64,000 nucleotides of DNA. Source: Dehalococcoidia bacterium. GTDB lineage: Bacteria > Chloroflexota > Dehalococcoidia > Lucifugimonadales > UBA3495. Location of the stretch: positions 517,802-581,801 of the forward strand of contig CBDBDS010000013.1 of assembly GCA_965203985.1 (NCBI GenBank), read 5' to 3'. How positions within the stretch are numbered: the first letter of the stretch is position 1; every line of letters starts with the position of its first letter. The notes beneath the pieces are model-generated. The model was not told the DNA's origin and did no database searches. It saw only the letters and a program-made list of their open reading frames with translations. This document shows positions 28,665-36,723 of this stretch, in pieces. A program made the translations under genes and the position numbers.

Positions 28665-29320
28665 CCACTGGGCGCATCTATGAATGCGACGGTCACAGCC
28701 AGGAAGGCCACGAGCTAGCTGCAAATCATCCCATAATAGTAGTGGGCAGACAAAGCCTGATCGACAATCAACGTATCGCCATAGTAATACCGCTGACCAA
28801 CGCCCGACCCAACCACCCGGTGCATTGGGCCGTGGAGATTGAAGATACGAACTCACACGCCTACATCCGCCACGTCAAATCGGTTCACGTAACAAAAATC
28901 GGAAGATTCCTCGGCACGGCTACGCTTGATGAAATCGATAGCATCAAAGACGGACTGGCGAGGGAACTCCAATACGACACCCATGAGTGTGCCACAGCCT
29001 TGGGGCGGGAGGTATATCCGGGCAGTTTATGGTCGGCATCTATACCAAACGCCCGCGGACTGAGCTACGAGGGCGAACTCCTAATCCTTACGTCTAACCG
29101 GGATACCGGAATGGCAACCGCCCTGGCTGTGGACCCGCAACCTCGCAACAATCCAAGACAAACCATCCCCGTAAGGCTTGAGAATCCGGAACAACTGGCG
29201 TTCGCTATCACGTACCAAGTCAGATCTGTTTCTACCGAGGAGCGTCTCACCGGATATCGAGGAGATATCTCAGATGAGTACTTGAGGTTCGCAAAGTCGG
29301 CGCTGATCAGGTGCATATAA
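28652..29320 (+). CDS. Tandem (duplicated) MazF/PemK-like toxin-fold protein
   Basis: Two internally alignable halves. Half 1: GRIYECD..HPIIVVG..IAIVIPLT..IRHVKSVHVTKIGRFLGTATLDEIDSIKDGL. Half 2: GSLWSAS..GELLILTS..ATALAVDP..ITYQVRSVSTEERLTGYRGDISDEYLRFAKSAL. Confidence 0.55.
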   Translation: MAQVTTGRIYECDGHSQEGHELAANHPIIVVGRQSLIDNQRIAIVIPLTNARPNHPVHWAVEIEDTNSHAYIRHVKSVHVTKIGRFLGTATLDEIDSIKDGLARELQYDTHECATALGREVYPGSLWSASIPNARGLSYEGELLILTSNRDTGMATALAVDPQPRNNPRQTIPVRLENPEQLAFAITYQVRSVSTEERLTGYRGDISDEYLRFAKSALIRCI

Positions 29321-29455
29321 CCTTGATGATGTTCGAGCATCTGATGAGAAGGTGAGTATCGATTTTTGTATCATTTAGACTTTACGGCACAGAACGTCCG
29401 CACCAGGATTGCACATAGTTCTGTGATTCCAGTCGAAAACAAGGAGCAACTACCC

Positions 29456-29812
29456 ATGACCATGACCCCCGCCCGCAGTTCACCCTTCGCCGCCATGGCC
29501 CGCGATCCGCTGCATCCCGATGTGATCTACCGGGACGAGCGCTGTTTCGTGGTGCGCGACATCAACCCCAAGGCGCCGGTGCATCTGCTGATCATCCCCA
29601 ACATGCCCATCAATGGCCTCGATTACATCAGCCCGGCCATGGAAGCCACCATGGGGCACCTCTTCGTCGTTGCCGCCGAGATGGCACGGCGCGAGGGCGT
29701 CACCATCAGCGGCTACCGCCTGGTGGTCAACAACGGCGAGGACGCCGGCCAGACCATCGCCTGGCCCCACATGCACCTGCTGGGCGGCCGGGGACTGGGA
29801 GATATGGGCTGA
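29456..29812 (+). CDS. HIT family protein (histidine triad nucleotide-binding)
   Basis: AAGGAG RBS. APVHLLIIP and the histidine triad WPHMHLLGG. Confidence 0.85.
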   Translation: MTMTPARSSPFAAMARDPLHPDVIYRDERCFVVRDINPKAPVHLLIIPNMPINGLDYISPAMEATMGHLFVVAAEMARREGVTISGYRLVVNNGEDAGQTIAWPHMHLLGGRGLGDMG

Positions 29813-29815
29813 CCA

Positions 29816-30220
29816 GTGGGCGATTTCACGACCGAAATCCACATTGGGAACATCACCGGGGGCGATATGCACCCGGTGACTGCTCTGGTGGATACCGGCG
29901 CCACCGAATCCGCCTTTCCTGCGGACCTGCTGGAATGGCTCCACATCCCGGCGACGGAACGGCCGATGGACTACGTCCTGGCCGATGGAACCATCCTGCG
30001 GTGTCCCCGCGGGTACGCTCGCATCGCCATAACGGTCCGGTCCGGCGAAACCTTCAGCGGCATCTGCCCGGTGGCATTCTGGCCGGATGAGAGCGGCCAA
30101 TGTATCGGCGCAACCACGCTGCAGATCCTGACGCTGGCGGTTGATCTCGTCAACGAAGAACTGGCGCCCGTTGCAGCGCTCCGGCGAGGCTGGGGCGGTG
30201 ATATTCCGACGCGGGGATGA
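29816..30220 (+). CDS. Retropepsin-like aspartic protease
   Basis: GTG start; ALVDTGATESAF contains the D-T-G-A active-site motif. Confidence 0.6.
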   Translation: MGDFTTEIHIGNITGGDMHPVTALVDTGATESAFPADLLEWLHIPATERPMDYVLADGTILRCPRGYARIAITVRSGETFSGICPVAFWPDESGQCIGATTLQILTLAVDLVNEELAPVAALRRGWGGDIPTRG

Positions 30221-30253
30221 CCGCGCTCTGCACCAAGCGAGGGTGACTGCCCC

Positions 30254-30856
30254 ATGACCACCATCGAAATCTCCGACCGCGTGGTCGATCGTATCCACCG
30301 CCGGATCCGCCGCCTCCCGCCCGGGCTCCAGGAGCACTGCCAGCGGGTGGAGCAGATCGCCCGTGGCCTCGCCGAGCGCCACGGGCAGGACGTGGAAGCT
30401 ATCGGCCTGACGGGTCTGGCCCACGACGCCACCAAGCACTTCTCCGGCTTGGAGAACCTGCTCCGCATGGAAGAGTACGACCTGCCTCCGGTCACCGAGT
30501 TCGAGCGGCGCAACCCGGACATCCTCCACGGCATGGTGGGCGCGGAGTTGCTCAAGCGCGAGGACGGCCTGGGTCATCCTCAACTCTACAACGCCATCTA
30601 CTGGCACACCACCGGCGACCCGACCGGCGGCGACTCCATCGCCCACATCGTGTTCCTGGCCGACAAGCTGGACCCGGTAAAGGTGAAGCGTTACCCCTGG
30701 CAGGGCGAGCTGAAGGAACTGGCGGAGAACGACCTCCCCGCCGCCATGATCATGTTCCTGACCAGGAATGTGGTCCGGATGCTGGACAAAGGCTCGGCGG
30801 TGCACCCCGCGTCGATTGAAGCGCGGAACACGTTGCTGTTGGCGACAGCATCGTAG
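30254..30856 (+). CDS. yqeK: HD-domain protein, YqeK-like bis(5'-nucleosyl)-tetraphosphatase
   Basis: GLAHDATKH (HD), ILHGMVGAELL, FLADKLDP. Confidence 0.65.
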   Translation: MTTIEISDRVVDRIHRRIRRLPPGLQEHCQRVEQIARGLAERHGQDVEAIGLTGLAHDATKHFSGLENLLRMEEYDLPPVTEFERRNPDILHGMVGAELLKREDGLGHPQLYNAIYWHTTGDPTGGDSIAHIVFLADKLDPVKVKRYPWQGELKELAENDLPAAMIMFLTRNVVRMLDKGSAVHPASIEARNTLLLATAS

Positions 30857-30897
30857 CTCAGAGTATAATTGCTCTTACGAAAGTAGAGAGGGATAGC

Positions 30898-31188
30898 ATG
30901 AAGTACGATGTTGTTGTCTGGCGTGGGACCCTGTCCGACGGTTCCACCTGCTACGCTGCAGTTTGCCCGGCTATCAATTATGCTCACGGTCAAGGCGACA
31001 CTGAGGCCGAAGCCCTGGCTGAAGCGGCGGCCACCATGGCCGGCTTTCTGGAAAGGATGCCCGGCGTAGCTAAGTCGGGTCAGGCGGCTCAAGACGAGCT
31101 GACGGAAAAACTCGCTGATTTGGCCTCGGAAGGCATCGCCCATTGGGTGCGTCAGGTTGAACCTGCTATTGCGCCGACGCTCGCATAA
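30898..31188 (+). CDS. HicB-like antitoxin (UPF0150 fold), array 1 copy 1
   Basis: MKYDVVVWRGTLSDGSTCYAAVCPAINYAHGQGDTEAEAL, the classic HicB N-terminal pattern. Confidence 0.7.
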   Translation: MKYDVVVWRGTLSDGSTCYAAVCPAINYAHGQGDTEAEALAEAAATMAGFLERMPGVAKSGQAAQDELTEKLADLASEGIAHWVRQVEPAIAPTLA

Positions 31189-31190
31189 AG

Positions 31191-31493
31191 ATGGTCAGGA
31201 TAGCTAATGTCAAGACCCGAGAATTGCTCCGTTTGCTGCGAAGGATGAGGTTCGTTCAGGACAACCGTGACCATATCTATTTTTACCATGAATGGTTGAG
31301 GACGAGCGAAGGCCGGTTGTGGACGCAAGTTTCTCATGGTGACAAAGAGATTGACGCGGACTTGATGGGCGACATCGCCATCAAGCAGCTCAAGATGAAC
31401 AGCGCCGAAGAATTCCGCGCCGCCCTCCGGGGCAATATCCCTCGCCGGTATCTCGACCCCGACGCGCCGTGGGACGGCCAGCCCCTGGACTAG
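31191..31493 (+). CDS. HicA-like toxin with C-terminal tail, array 1 copy 1
   Basis: VKTRELLRLLRRMRF...RDHIYFYH...VSHGDKEIDADLMGDIAIKQLKM, plus the tail EFRAALRGNIPRRYLDP. Confidence 0.65.
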   Translation: MVRIANVKTRELLRLLRRMRFVQDNRDHIYFYHEWLRTSEGRLWTQVSHGDKEIDADLMGDIAIKQLKMNSAEEFRAALRGNIPRRYLDPDAPWDGQPLD

Positions 31494-31509
31494 CCTGAGG
31501 ATGTGAAAC

Positions 31510-31800
31510 ATGGAATTTGACGTTGTCTTTTGGCGCGGAACCTTGTCCGATGGTTCCACCTGCTACGCGGCGATTTGCCCGGCCATCGATCATGCTCATG
31601 GCCAGGGAGACACGGAAGCTGAGGCTCTGGCTGACGTTGCGGATACCATGGCCATCTATCTGGATCATGAGCCGGAAAGATTCAAAACCGGACAAGGAGC
31701 TCAGGATGCGATCCGTAGATTGACGGAGGAACTGGACGAGAATGGAACCTCCTGCTGGGTGAAGCAGGTCGCCCCGGCGCGCAATCGAGTGCCCGCTTAG
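31510..31800 (+). CDS. HicB-like antitoxin, array 1 copy 2
   Basis: MEFDVVFWRGTLSDGSTCYAAICPAIDHAHGQGDTEAEAL. Confidence 0.7.
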   Translation: MEFDVVFWRGTLSDGSTCYAAICPAIDHAHGQGDTEAEALADVADTMAIYLDHEPERFKTGQGAQDAIRRLTEELDENGTSCWVKQVAPARNRVPA

Positions 31801-31803
31801 GTT

Positions 31804-32091
31804 ATGGTTAGGATTGCCAACGTCAAGACCAGGCAGTTGCTTCGATTACTGCGCAGGATGGGCTTTACACAAAGCAACCGGGACCATGCTTACTTCATAC
31901 ATGCTTGGCTGCGCCTGCGGACAAAGGTGTCGCATGGAGACAAAGAAGTGGACGCCGATCTGATGGGAGAGATCGCTATCGTGCAACTCAAAATGAACAG
32001 CGCCGAGGAGTTTCGCGCCGCCCTCCGGGGCGATATTCCACGCCGCTATCTCGATCCCGACGCGCCGTGGGACGGCCAGCCCCTGGACTAG
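31804..32091 (+). CDS. HicA-like toxin with C-terminal tail, array 1 copy 2
   Basis: Paralog of 31191..31493; the last 36 nt including the stop are identical between the two copies. Confidence 0.65.
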   Translation: MVRIANVKTRQLLRLLRRMGFTQSNRDHAYFIHAWLRLRTKVSHGDKEVDADLMGEIAIVQLKMNSAEEFRAALRGDIPRRYLDPDAPWDGQPLD

Positions 32092-32099
32092 TGAACAAC

Positions 32100-32429
32100 A
32101 TGACCGCACAGCTTGAAATAACCCCCGAAGCCGCTCAGTTCATCCGTCATAAAGGCGGGCAGGCCGTCATCGACCTGATCTGCTGGAAGGGTTGAAGCGG
32201 CGAGTCCGTCGAGGTATCGGTCGATACCAACGTGCGCCGTCGCCGCAGCCTGGAGTCCTACGACCCCGCCAGCCAGGACGACATCACCCTGTACCTGGCC
32301 CCCGGCATCGCCGAATACGCTCAGCAGGTCAGCCTGTCCATGAGCCGGTTCCTGCTCTTCCGGAACCTGAAGGCCACCATCGTGCTACCCCACGGCGTCA
32401 CGCTGGGCCGGCGCGCCTCGCTCGTCTAG
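32100..32429 (+). CDS. Candidate small selenoprotein (in-frame TGA at 32193-32195), or a disrupted gene
   Basis: ATG 32100, 31 codons, TGA, then 77 more codons in the same frame to TAG 32427-32429. Track ORFs 31905..32195 and 32232..32429 share this frame. Local context is C-W-K-G-TGA-S-G. Confidence 0.45.
32197..32246 (+). promoter_or_regulatory. SECIS-like stem-loop downstream of the in-frame TGA
   Basis: Outer helix gcggcga/tcgccgc (32197-32203 / 32240-32246). Inner hairpin cgt-cga-ggtatc-[ggtc]-gatacc-a-acg (32207-32232) starts 11 nt after the TGA. Confidence 0.4.
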
Positions 32430-32998
32430 CTCTCAATCGCCGGCAGCAGATCGGCCACGGCGCAGGCGAAGCCGGGCAGGTAGTCCCCGCCGTCCACCGT
32501 GTCGGCGTCGGTCAGAACCAGCGGCGGCGCATCGGGAGTGTGCACCGTCAGGGTGCGGGCGTCGATGTCAATTACCCAGACGGCTTTGCCGCCGGCGCCC
32601 AGGTATTCGCGGATCTTTTGGGTTATTTCCGCCAGCGTATTGCTCTCGGACAGGATTTCCACAGCGAGGTCCGGCGCACCGTTGTAGAGCTTTCCCGCCA
32701 GGTCGGGTTGCGCCAGCCGTGCGTTGGAAATGAATGAAACGTCGGGCATCCGTGACGTGGACGGCGAATCCGGCCCGGTGACGTACCCTCGGTTGCCGGT
32801 GTACACCCGCCCCAACCGGTTGGGGAAAACATGCGCCGCCATCCGCCAATTGACCAGGGAACCGGTGTGTTCGTGTTCTTCTGACGCAACCATCAGTTCA
32901 ATCAGGACCCCGTTGACCAGCTCGTAGCGGGGATGCTTGGGCAGCGCAGCGTACTCCTCCAGCATCACCGGCGGCGCGGCAGTTTGTTGCGTAGTCAT
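32426..32998 (-). CDS. Uma2 family endonuclease (tandem copy 1)
   Basis: GGAGGT RBS. MLEEYAALPKHPRYELVNG, APDLAVEILSESN, GGDYLPGF. Confidence 0.85.
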   Translation of the reverse strand: MTTQQTAAPPVMLEEYAALPKHPRYELVNGVLIELMVASEEHEHTGSLVNWRMAAHVFPNRLGRVYTGNRGYVTGPDSPSTSRMPDVSFISNARLAQPDLAGKLYNGAPDLAVEILSESNTLAEITQKIREYLGAGGKAVWVIDIDARTLTVHTPDAPPLVLTDADTVDGGDYLPGFACAVADLLPAIES

Positions 32999-33012
32999 GT
33001 GGCACCTCCGGG

Positions 33013-33582
33013 TCAGAGAACCGGCAGCAGATCCGCCACGGCGCAGGCGAATCCGGGCAGATAGTCCTCGCCGTCCACGGTGTCGGCGTTGGTCAGAACC
33101 AGCGGCGGCGCGTCTGCGGTGTGCACCGTCAGCGTGCGGGCGTCGATGTCAATTACCCAGACGGCTTTGCCGCCGGCGCCCAGGTATTCGCTGATCTTTT
33201 GGGCTATTTCTGCGGGAGTGTTGCTTTCTGAAAGGATCTCGACGGCTAAGTCCGGCGCGCCATCGTAAAGCATCCCTGCCACGTCCGGCCGACCCAATCG
33301 GGCATTGGAAACAAAGGAAACGTCGGGCATCCGCGACGTAGCCGGCGAGTCGGGGCCGGTAACGTAGCCTCGATTGCTGCCATAGACTTTACCAAGTCGG
33401 TTCGGATAAACGTAATTGCCGACGGCAAGGCCAGAAAGGATAACCGTTTCCTCATGCTCATCAGATGCTACCATCAGCTCGACCAGGACTCCTTTCACCA
33501 ACTCGTAGCGCGGGTGCTTGGGCAGCGCGGCGTACTCTTCCAGTGAAACCGGCGGCGCGGCGGCGGTTGGTTGAGTCGTCAC
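33013..33582 (-). CDS. Uma2 family endonuclease (tandem copy 2)
   Basis: GTG start with GGAGG RBS. Close paralog of 32426..32998, with the same C-terminal ...GFACAVADLLP. Confidence 0.85.
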   Translation of the reverse strand: MTTQPTAAAPPVSLEEYAALPKHPRYELVKGVLVELMVASDEHEETVILSGLAVGNYVYPNRLGKVYGSNRGYVTGPDSPATSRMPDVSFVSNARLGRPDVAGMLYDGAPDLAVEILSESNTPAEIAQKISEYLGAGGKAVWVIDIDARTLTVHTADAPPLVLTNADTVDGEDYLPGFACAVADLLPVL

Positions 33583-33613
33583 GTTGGGGCCTCCGTATTA
33601 TCGGTACTTGTTA

Positions 33614-34186
33614 TCATGAGCGCAGCCGGGGCAGCATATCCGCCACGGCGCAGGTGAAGCCCGGCAGATAATCTTCCCCATCCACGGTATCGCCGTCGGT
33701 CAAAACCAGCGCCGCCACGCCGGGTCGGTGTACTGTCAACATCCGTCCGATGGGGTCAAAAACCCAGACCGCCTTACTGCCGGCTGCCAGGTACTCGGCA
33801 GCCTTCTGCGCTATCTCGCGTTCGGTGTTGCTGGGAGACAGCACCTCCACCGCTAGGTCCGGCGCGCCGTCAAACAGTGCTCCGAAAAGATCGGGCCGCA
33901 ACCGCTCGTTGGACACAAACGATACATCGGGCAAACGGGATGAGGCCGGCGATTCCGGGCCGGTTACGAACGCACGGTTGCTGCCGTAAACTTCCCCCAA
34001 GTCGTGCTCGTCAGCGTGCCAGTCCACGTGGCGAGATACTCTCACTACCGTTATTTCATGTTCTCTGGATGCGTACATTTTCTCAACCAGCACACCTTTC
34101 ACCAGTTCGTAGCGAGGAAACTCCGGCAATGCGGCAAACTCCTCCAACGTCACCAGTCGGGTGGTGGTTGCGTTCCTGGTGGCCAT
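33614..34186 (-). CDS. Uma2 family endonuclease (tandem copy 3)
   Basis: Start at the internal ATG with GAGGAGG RBS. APDLAVEVLSPSN, GEDYLPGFTCAVADMLP. Confidence 0.85.
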   Translation of the reverse strand: MATRNATTTRLVTLEEFAALPEFPRYELVKGVLVEKMYASREHEITVVRVSRHVDWHADEHDLGEVYGSNRAFVTGPESPASSRLPDVSFVSNERLRPDLFGALFDGAPDLAVEVLSPSNTEREIAQKAAEYLAAGSKAVWVFDPIGRMLTVHRPGVAALVLTDGDTVDGEDYLPGFTCAVADMLPRLRS

Positions 34187-34214
34187 GGCAAAACCTCCTC
34201 GCAAAATGTCGGGG

Positions 34215-35624
34215 CTACCGCGCGTAGCGGTAGCCGCCGGCCGGCGTGCGCGCGCAGTTCAGCCGCCGGTTCAGGTGCAGCCCTTCCAGCACGAACTCCA
34301 CCGCCGACGCGACCACCTCGGGCCGCTTGTCGTCGCCAACCAACGCGGATACCGCCGCCGGCAGACCTTCGATGTTGTCGAGCGCTGAGGCGTAGGCGGC
34401 GGCCGGAACGTCGCTGCCCGTTTCCACCGCATTGCCCAGGTCGAACGCCGTCACGATGTCTTCCAGGTCGTCCACGTTGCAGTAGCGGCCGAAGATGCCC
34501 AGCGTCGCCCGCTTGGTCAGGTCCTCCACCAACCGGTCCTCCCGGCCCTCGCCGAAGGTCTCCAGCTCGATCTTGCCGCCCAGGGAGGCGACGAGATAGG
34601 GCAGGTCGCTGATGCGCGGACAGGCAATATCCTCCCCCTGTCGGATGCTGCGGCGCAGCGCGTTGCTGATCAGCGTCTCGTAGTTGGCGATGGAGACGCG
34701 CACGCTCACGCCGGAGCGCTGGTTGATCTCGTTGCTGGATCGCGCCCGCGCCGTCACCTCCGCGATGATCTCTGTCATGAACTCGGGGACGACCACCCGG
34801 TCCTCGTCGGGGAAGCGGTTCCGCTCCTGCTCCATGATGGCGATCTCTTCGTCCAACGCCCGGGGATAGTGGGTGTGAATCTGCGCGCCGTAGCGGTCCT
34901 TGAGCGGAGTGACGATGCGGCCGCGGTTGGTGTAGTCCTCGGGATTGGCCGTGGCCACCACGAACACGTCCAGCGGCATCCGGATGCGGTAGCCCTTGAT
35001 CTGCACGTCCCGCTCTTCCATCAGGTTGAACAGGCCCACCTGGATCCGTTCGGCCAGGTCGGGCAGCTCGTTGATGCAGAAGATCCCTCGGTTGGTGCGG
35101 GGCACCAGGCCGTAGTGGATGGCCGACTCGTCCGATAAGTGTCGGCCCTCGGCCACCTTGATGGGGTCGATCTCGCCGATGAGATCGGCGATGGAGATGT
35201 CAGGCGTCGCCAGCTTTTCCGAGTAGCGCAGGTCCCGGCCGATCCAGTCCACGGGGGTGTCGTCGCCCATGTCGGCCACCATCTGCCGGGCGTCCGGACT
35301 GAGGGGATTGTAGGGGTCGTCGTTCAGCTCGCCGCCGGCGATGACCGGAAGCTGCTCGTCCAGCAGGTTCACCATCTCCCGGATCAGCCGGGTCTTGGCC
35401 TGCCCGCGCTCGCCCAGCAGGATGATGTCCTGCCCCGCCAGGATGGCGTTTTCCAGCTGCGGGATCACCGTCTGGTCGAAGCCGATGATGCCGGGAAACA
35501 CCGGTTCCTCGGCGCGTATCTTGGCGATCAGGTTGCGACGGATCTCCTCGCGCACCGATACCGATTGGTATCCGCTATCGCGGAGTTCGCCGATGGTGGC
35601 GGGCAAAGCGTTATTCGTGAACAT
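34215..35624 (-). CDS. Mg-chelatase/sigma54-interaction-type AAA+ ATPase
   Basis: Start MFTNNALP. Walker A LLGERGQAKT, Walker B GIFCINELPDL, ATANPEDYTNRGRIVTPLKDR. Confidence 0.7.
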   Translation of the reverse strand: MFTNNALPATIGELRDSGYQSVSVREEIRRNLIAKIRAEEPVFPGIIGFDQTVIPQLENAILAGQDIILLGERGQAKTRLIREMVNLLDEQLPVIAGGELNDDPYNPLSPDARQMVADMGDDTPVDWIGRDLRYSEKLATPDISIADLIGEIDPIKVAEGRHLSDESAIHYGLVPRTNRGIFCINELPDLAERIQVGLFNLMEERDVQIKGYRIRMPLDVFVVATANPEDYTNRGRIVTPLKDRYGAQIHTHYPRALDEEIAIMEQERNRFPDEDRVVVPEFMTEIIAEVTARARSSNEINQRSGVSVRVSIANYETLISNALRRSIRQGEDIACPRISDLPYLVASLGGKIELETFGEGREDRLVEDLTKRATLGIFGRYCNVDDLEDIVTAFDLGNAVETGSDVPAAAYASALDNIEGLPAAVSALVGDDKRPEVVASAVEFVLEGLHLNRRLNCARTPAGGYRYAR

Positions 35625-35677
35625 GGAGTCAGGCCGTCCTTTGGTCAGAGTGGTGGGTCCGCCGGCAGTATAGCAAA

Positions 35678-35700
35678 CGGGCGGATATTGAACCCGCCCG
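35678..35700 (-). terminator. Hairpin between the FRG gene stop and the AAA+ gene start
   Basis: cgggcgg-atattgaac-ccgcccg, followed on the minus strand by tttgctat. Confidence 0.35.
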
Positions 35701-35746
35701 CCCCTGTGCAGAGTAGTTTCGTTGGCTGGTTTCACCTGCCAGCCGA

Positions 35747-36673
35747 TCATTGACGATATCGCTCGATGATTGCCGCCGCGGACGAGTCAAGCCCTGGGAA
35801 CAGTGTTTGGCGCGTGACATTCAGCAGCCGCAGCTCCTCCATAATCTCAGCTTTGCTCTCCTTGGGTATGTCCAGCGTGTAATGGGCATAGACCGGTATG
35901 CCTTCGTTCCACTTTAAAATCTCATCCCGCTCAAATCGCTGGTGAAAAGCCGATACCAGAAAAGCGCCGGATTGCGCCCTGATGCGTTCCGATGATTGTT
36001 GCGGCTCAACTACGAAAACGCGATAAAAGTCTCTGGGGTCAATCCGCGCCGAAAAGTAAGGCTTTTCCGTCCGAATTATCTGGCAGAGATTGTACATGGC
36101 TGTGTTGTAGCTTGTGTCATGCGGGAGGTGCATACATGTCTTGCCCATGAGGGCGTATTGGTCGTAGATGGGCAGTTTTGCGAAGTTAGCTATGACGGAT
36201 ACAGTGTCGCTGTTAAAAGGCTTGACCAACCATGGTGGTATACCAAATATATGGAGGCGGCCGTCCTTTGATGTACTTGCACTCTTTTCCGATTTCTCAC
36301 AGGCGTGAAACAGGGCGACCAATGGGTTGCTAGTGATGTCCAGGAAGCGCGTTTTGAGGCCATGGTGCTGGGCTAATACCCATTGGGCGATAGCTGAACT
36401 CCGCTCGTTAAAGTCTTCGGGCCGCTGGGCAATGAGGTCAATCAGCATCCTGCTTTCCGATCCAGTAGGGCTGTTGTTCCGCATTATGGAGGGGCGTAAT
36501 TGCCAGTCATTTTCGTATTCCCCGCGAAAATAGAACAATGTATCAGCTTTGGTGTTGTTATAAAATATTTGCAACGTCTTGATTAGGTCCAGTAGTTCTT
36601 TGACAGAATTGACAGCATTGGCAACGTCATCATAACCATTGGTGCTAGTTTGAGATTGTTTTGAAAATGCCAC
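35747..36673 (-). CDS. FRG domain-containing protein
   Basis: LFYFRGEYENDWQLRPSIMR contains the eponymous FRG motif. Visibly lower G+C than the flanks. Confidence 0.7.
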   Translation of the reverse strand: MAFSKQSQTSTNGYDDVANAVNSVKELLDLIKTLQIFYNNTKADTLFYFRGEYENDWQLRPSIMRNNSPTGSESRMLIDLIAQRPEDFNERSSAIAQWVLAQHHGLKTRFLDITSNPLVALFHACEKSEKSASTSKDGRLHIFGIPPWLVKPFNSDTVSVIANFAKLPIYDQYALMGKTCMHLPHDTSYNTAMYNLCQIIRTEKPYFSARIDPRDFYRVFVVEPQQSSERIRAQSGAFLVSAFHQRFERDEILKWNEGIPVYAHYTLDIPKESKAEIMEELRLLNVTRQTLFPGLDSSAAAIIERYRQ

Positions 36674-36723
36674 GAGGTTCCACTATGCTGTGAGTTGACG
36701 ACACTCCACAGCGGAGGAACCTC

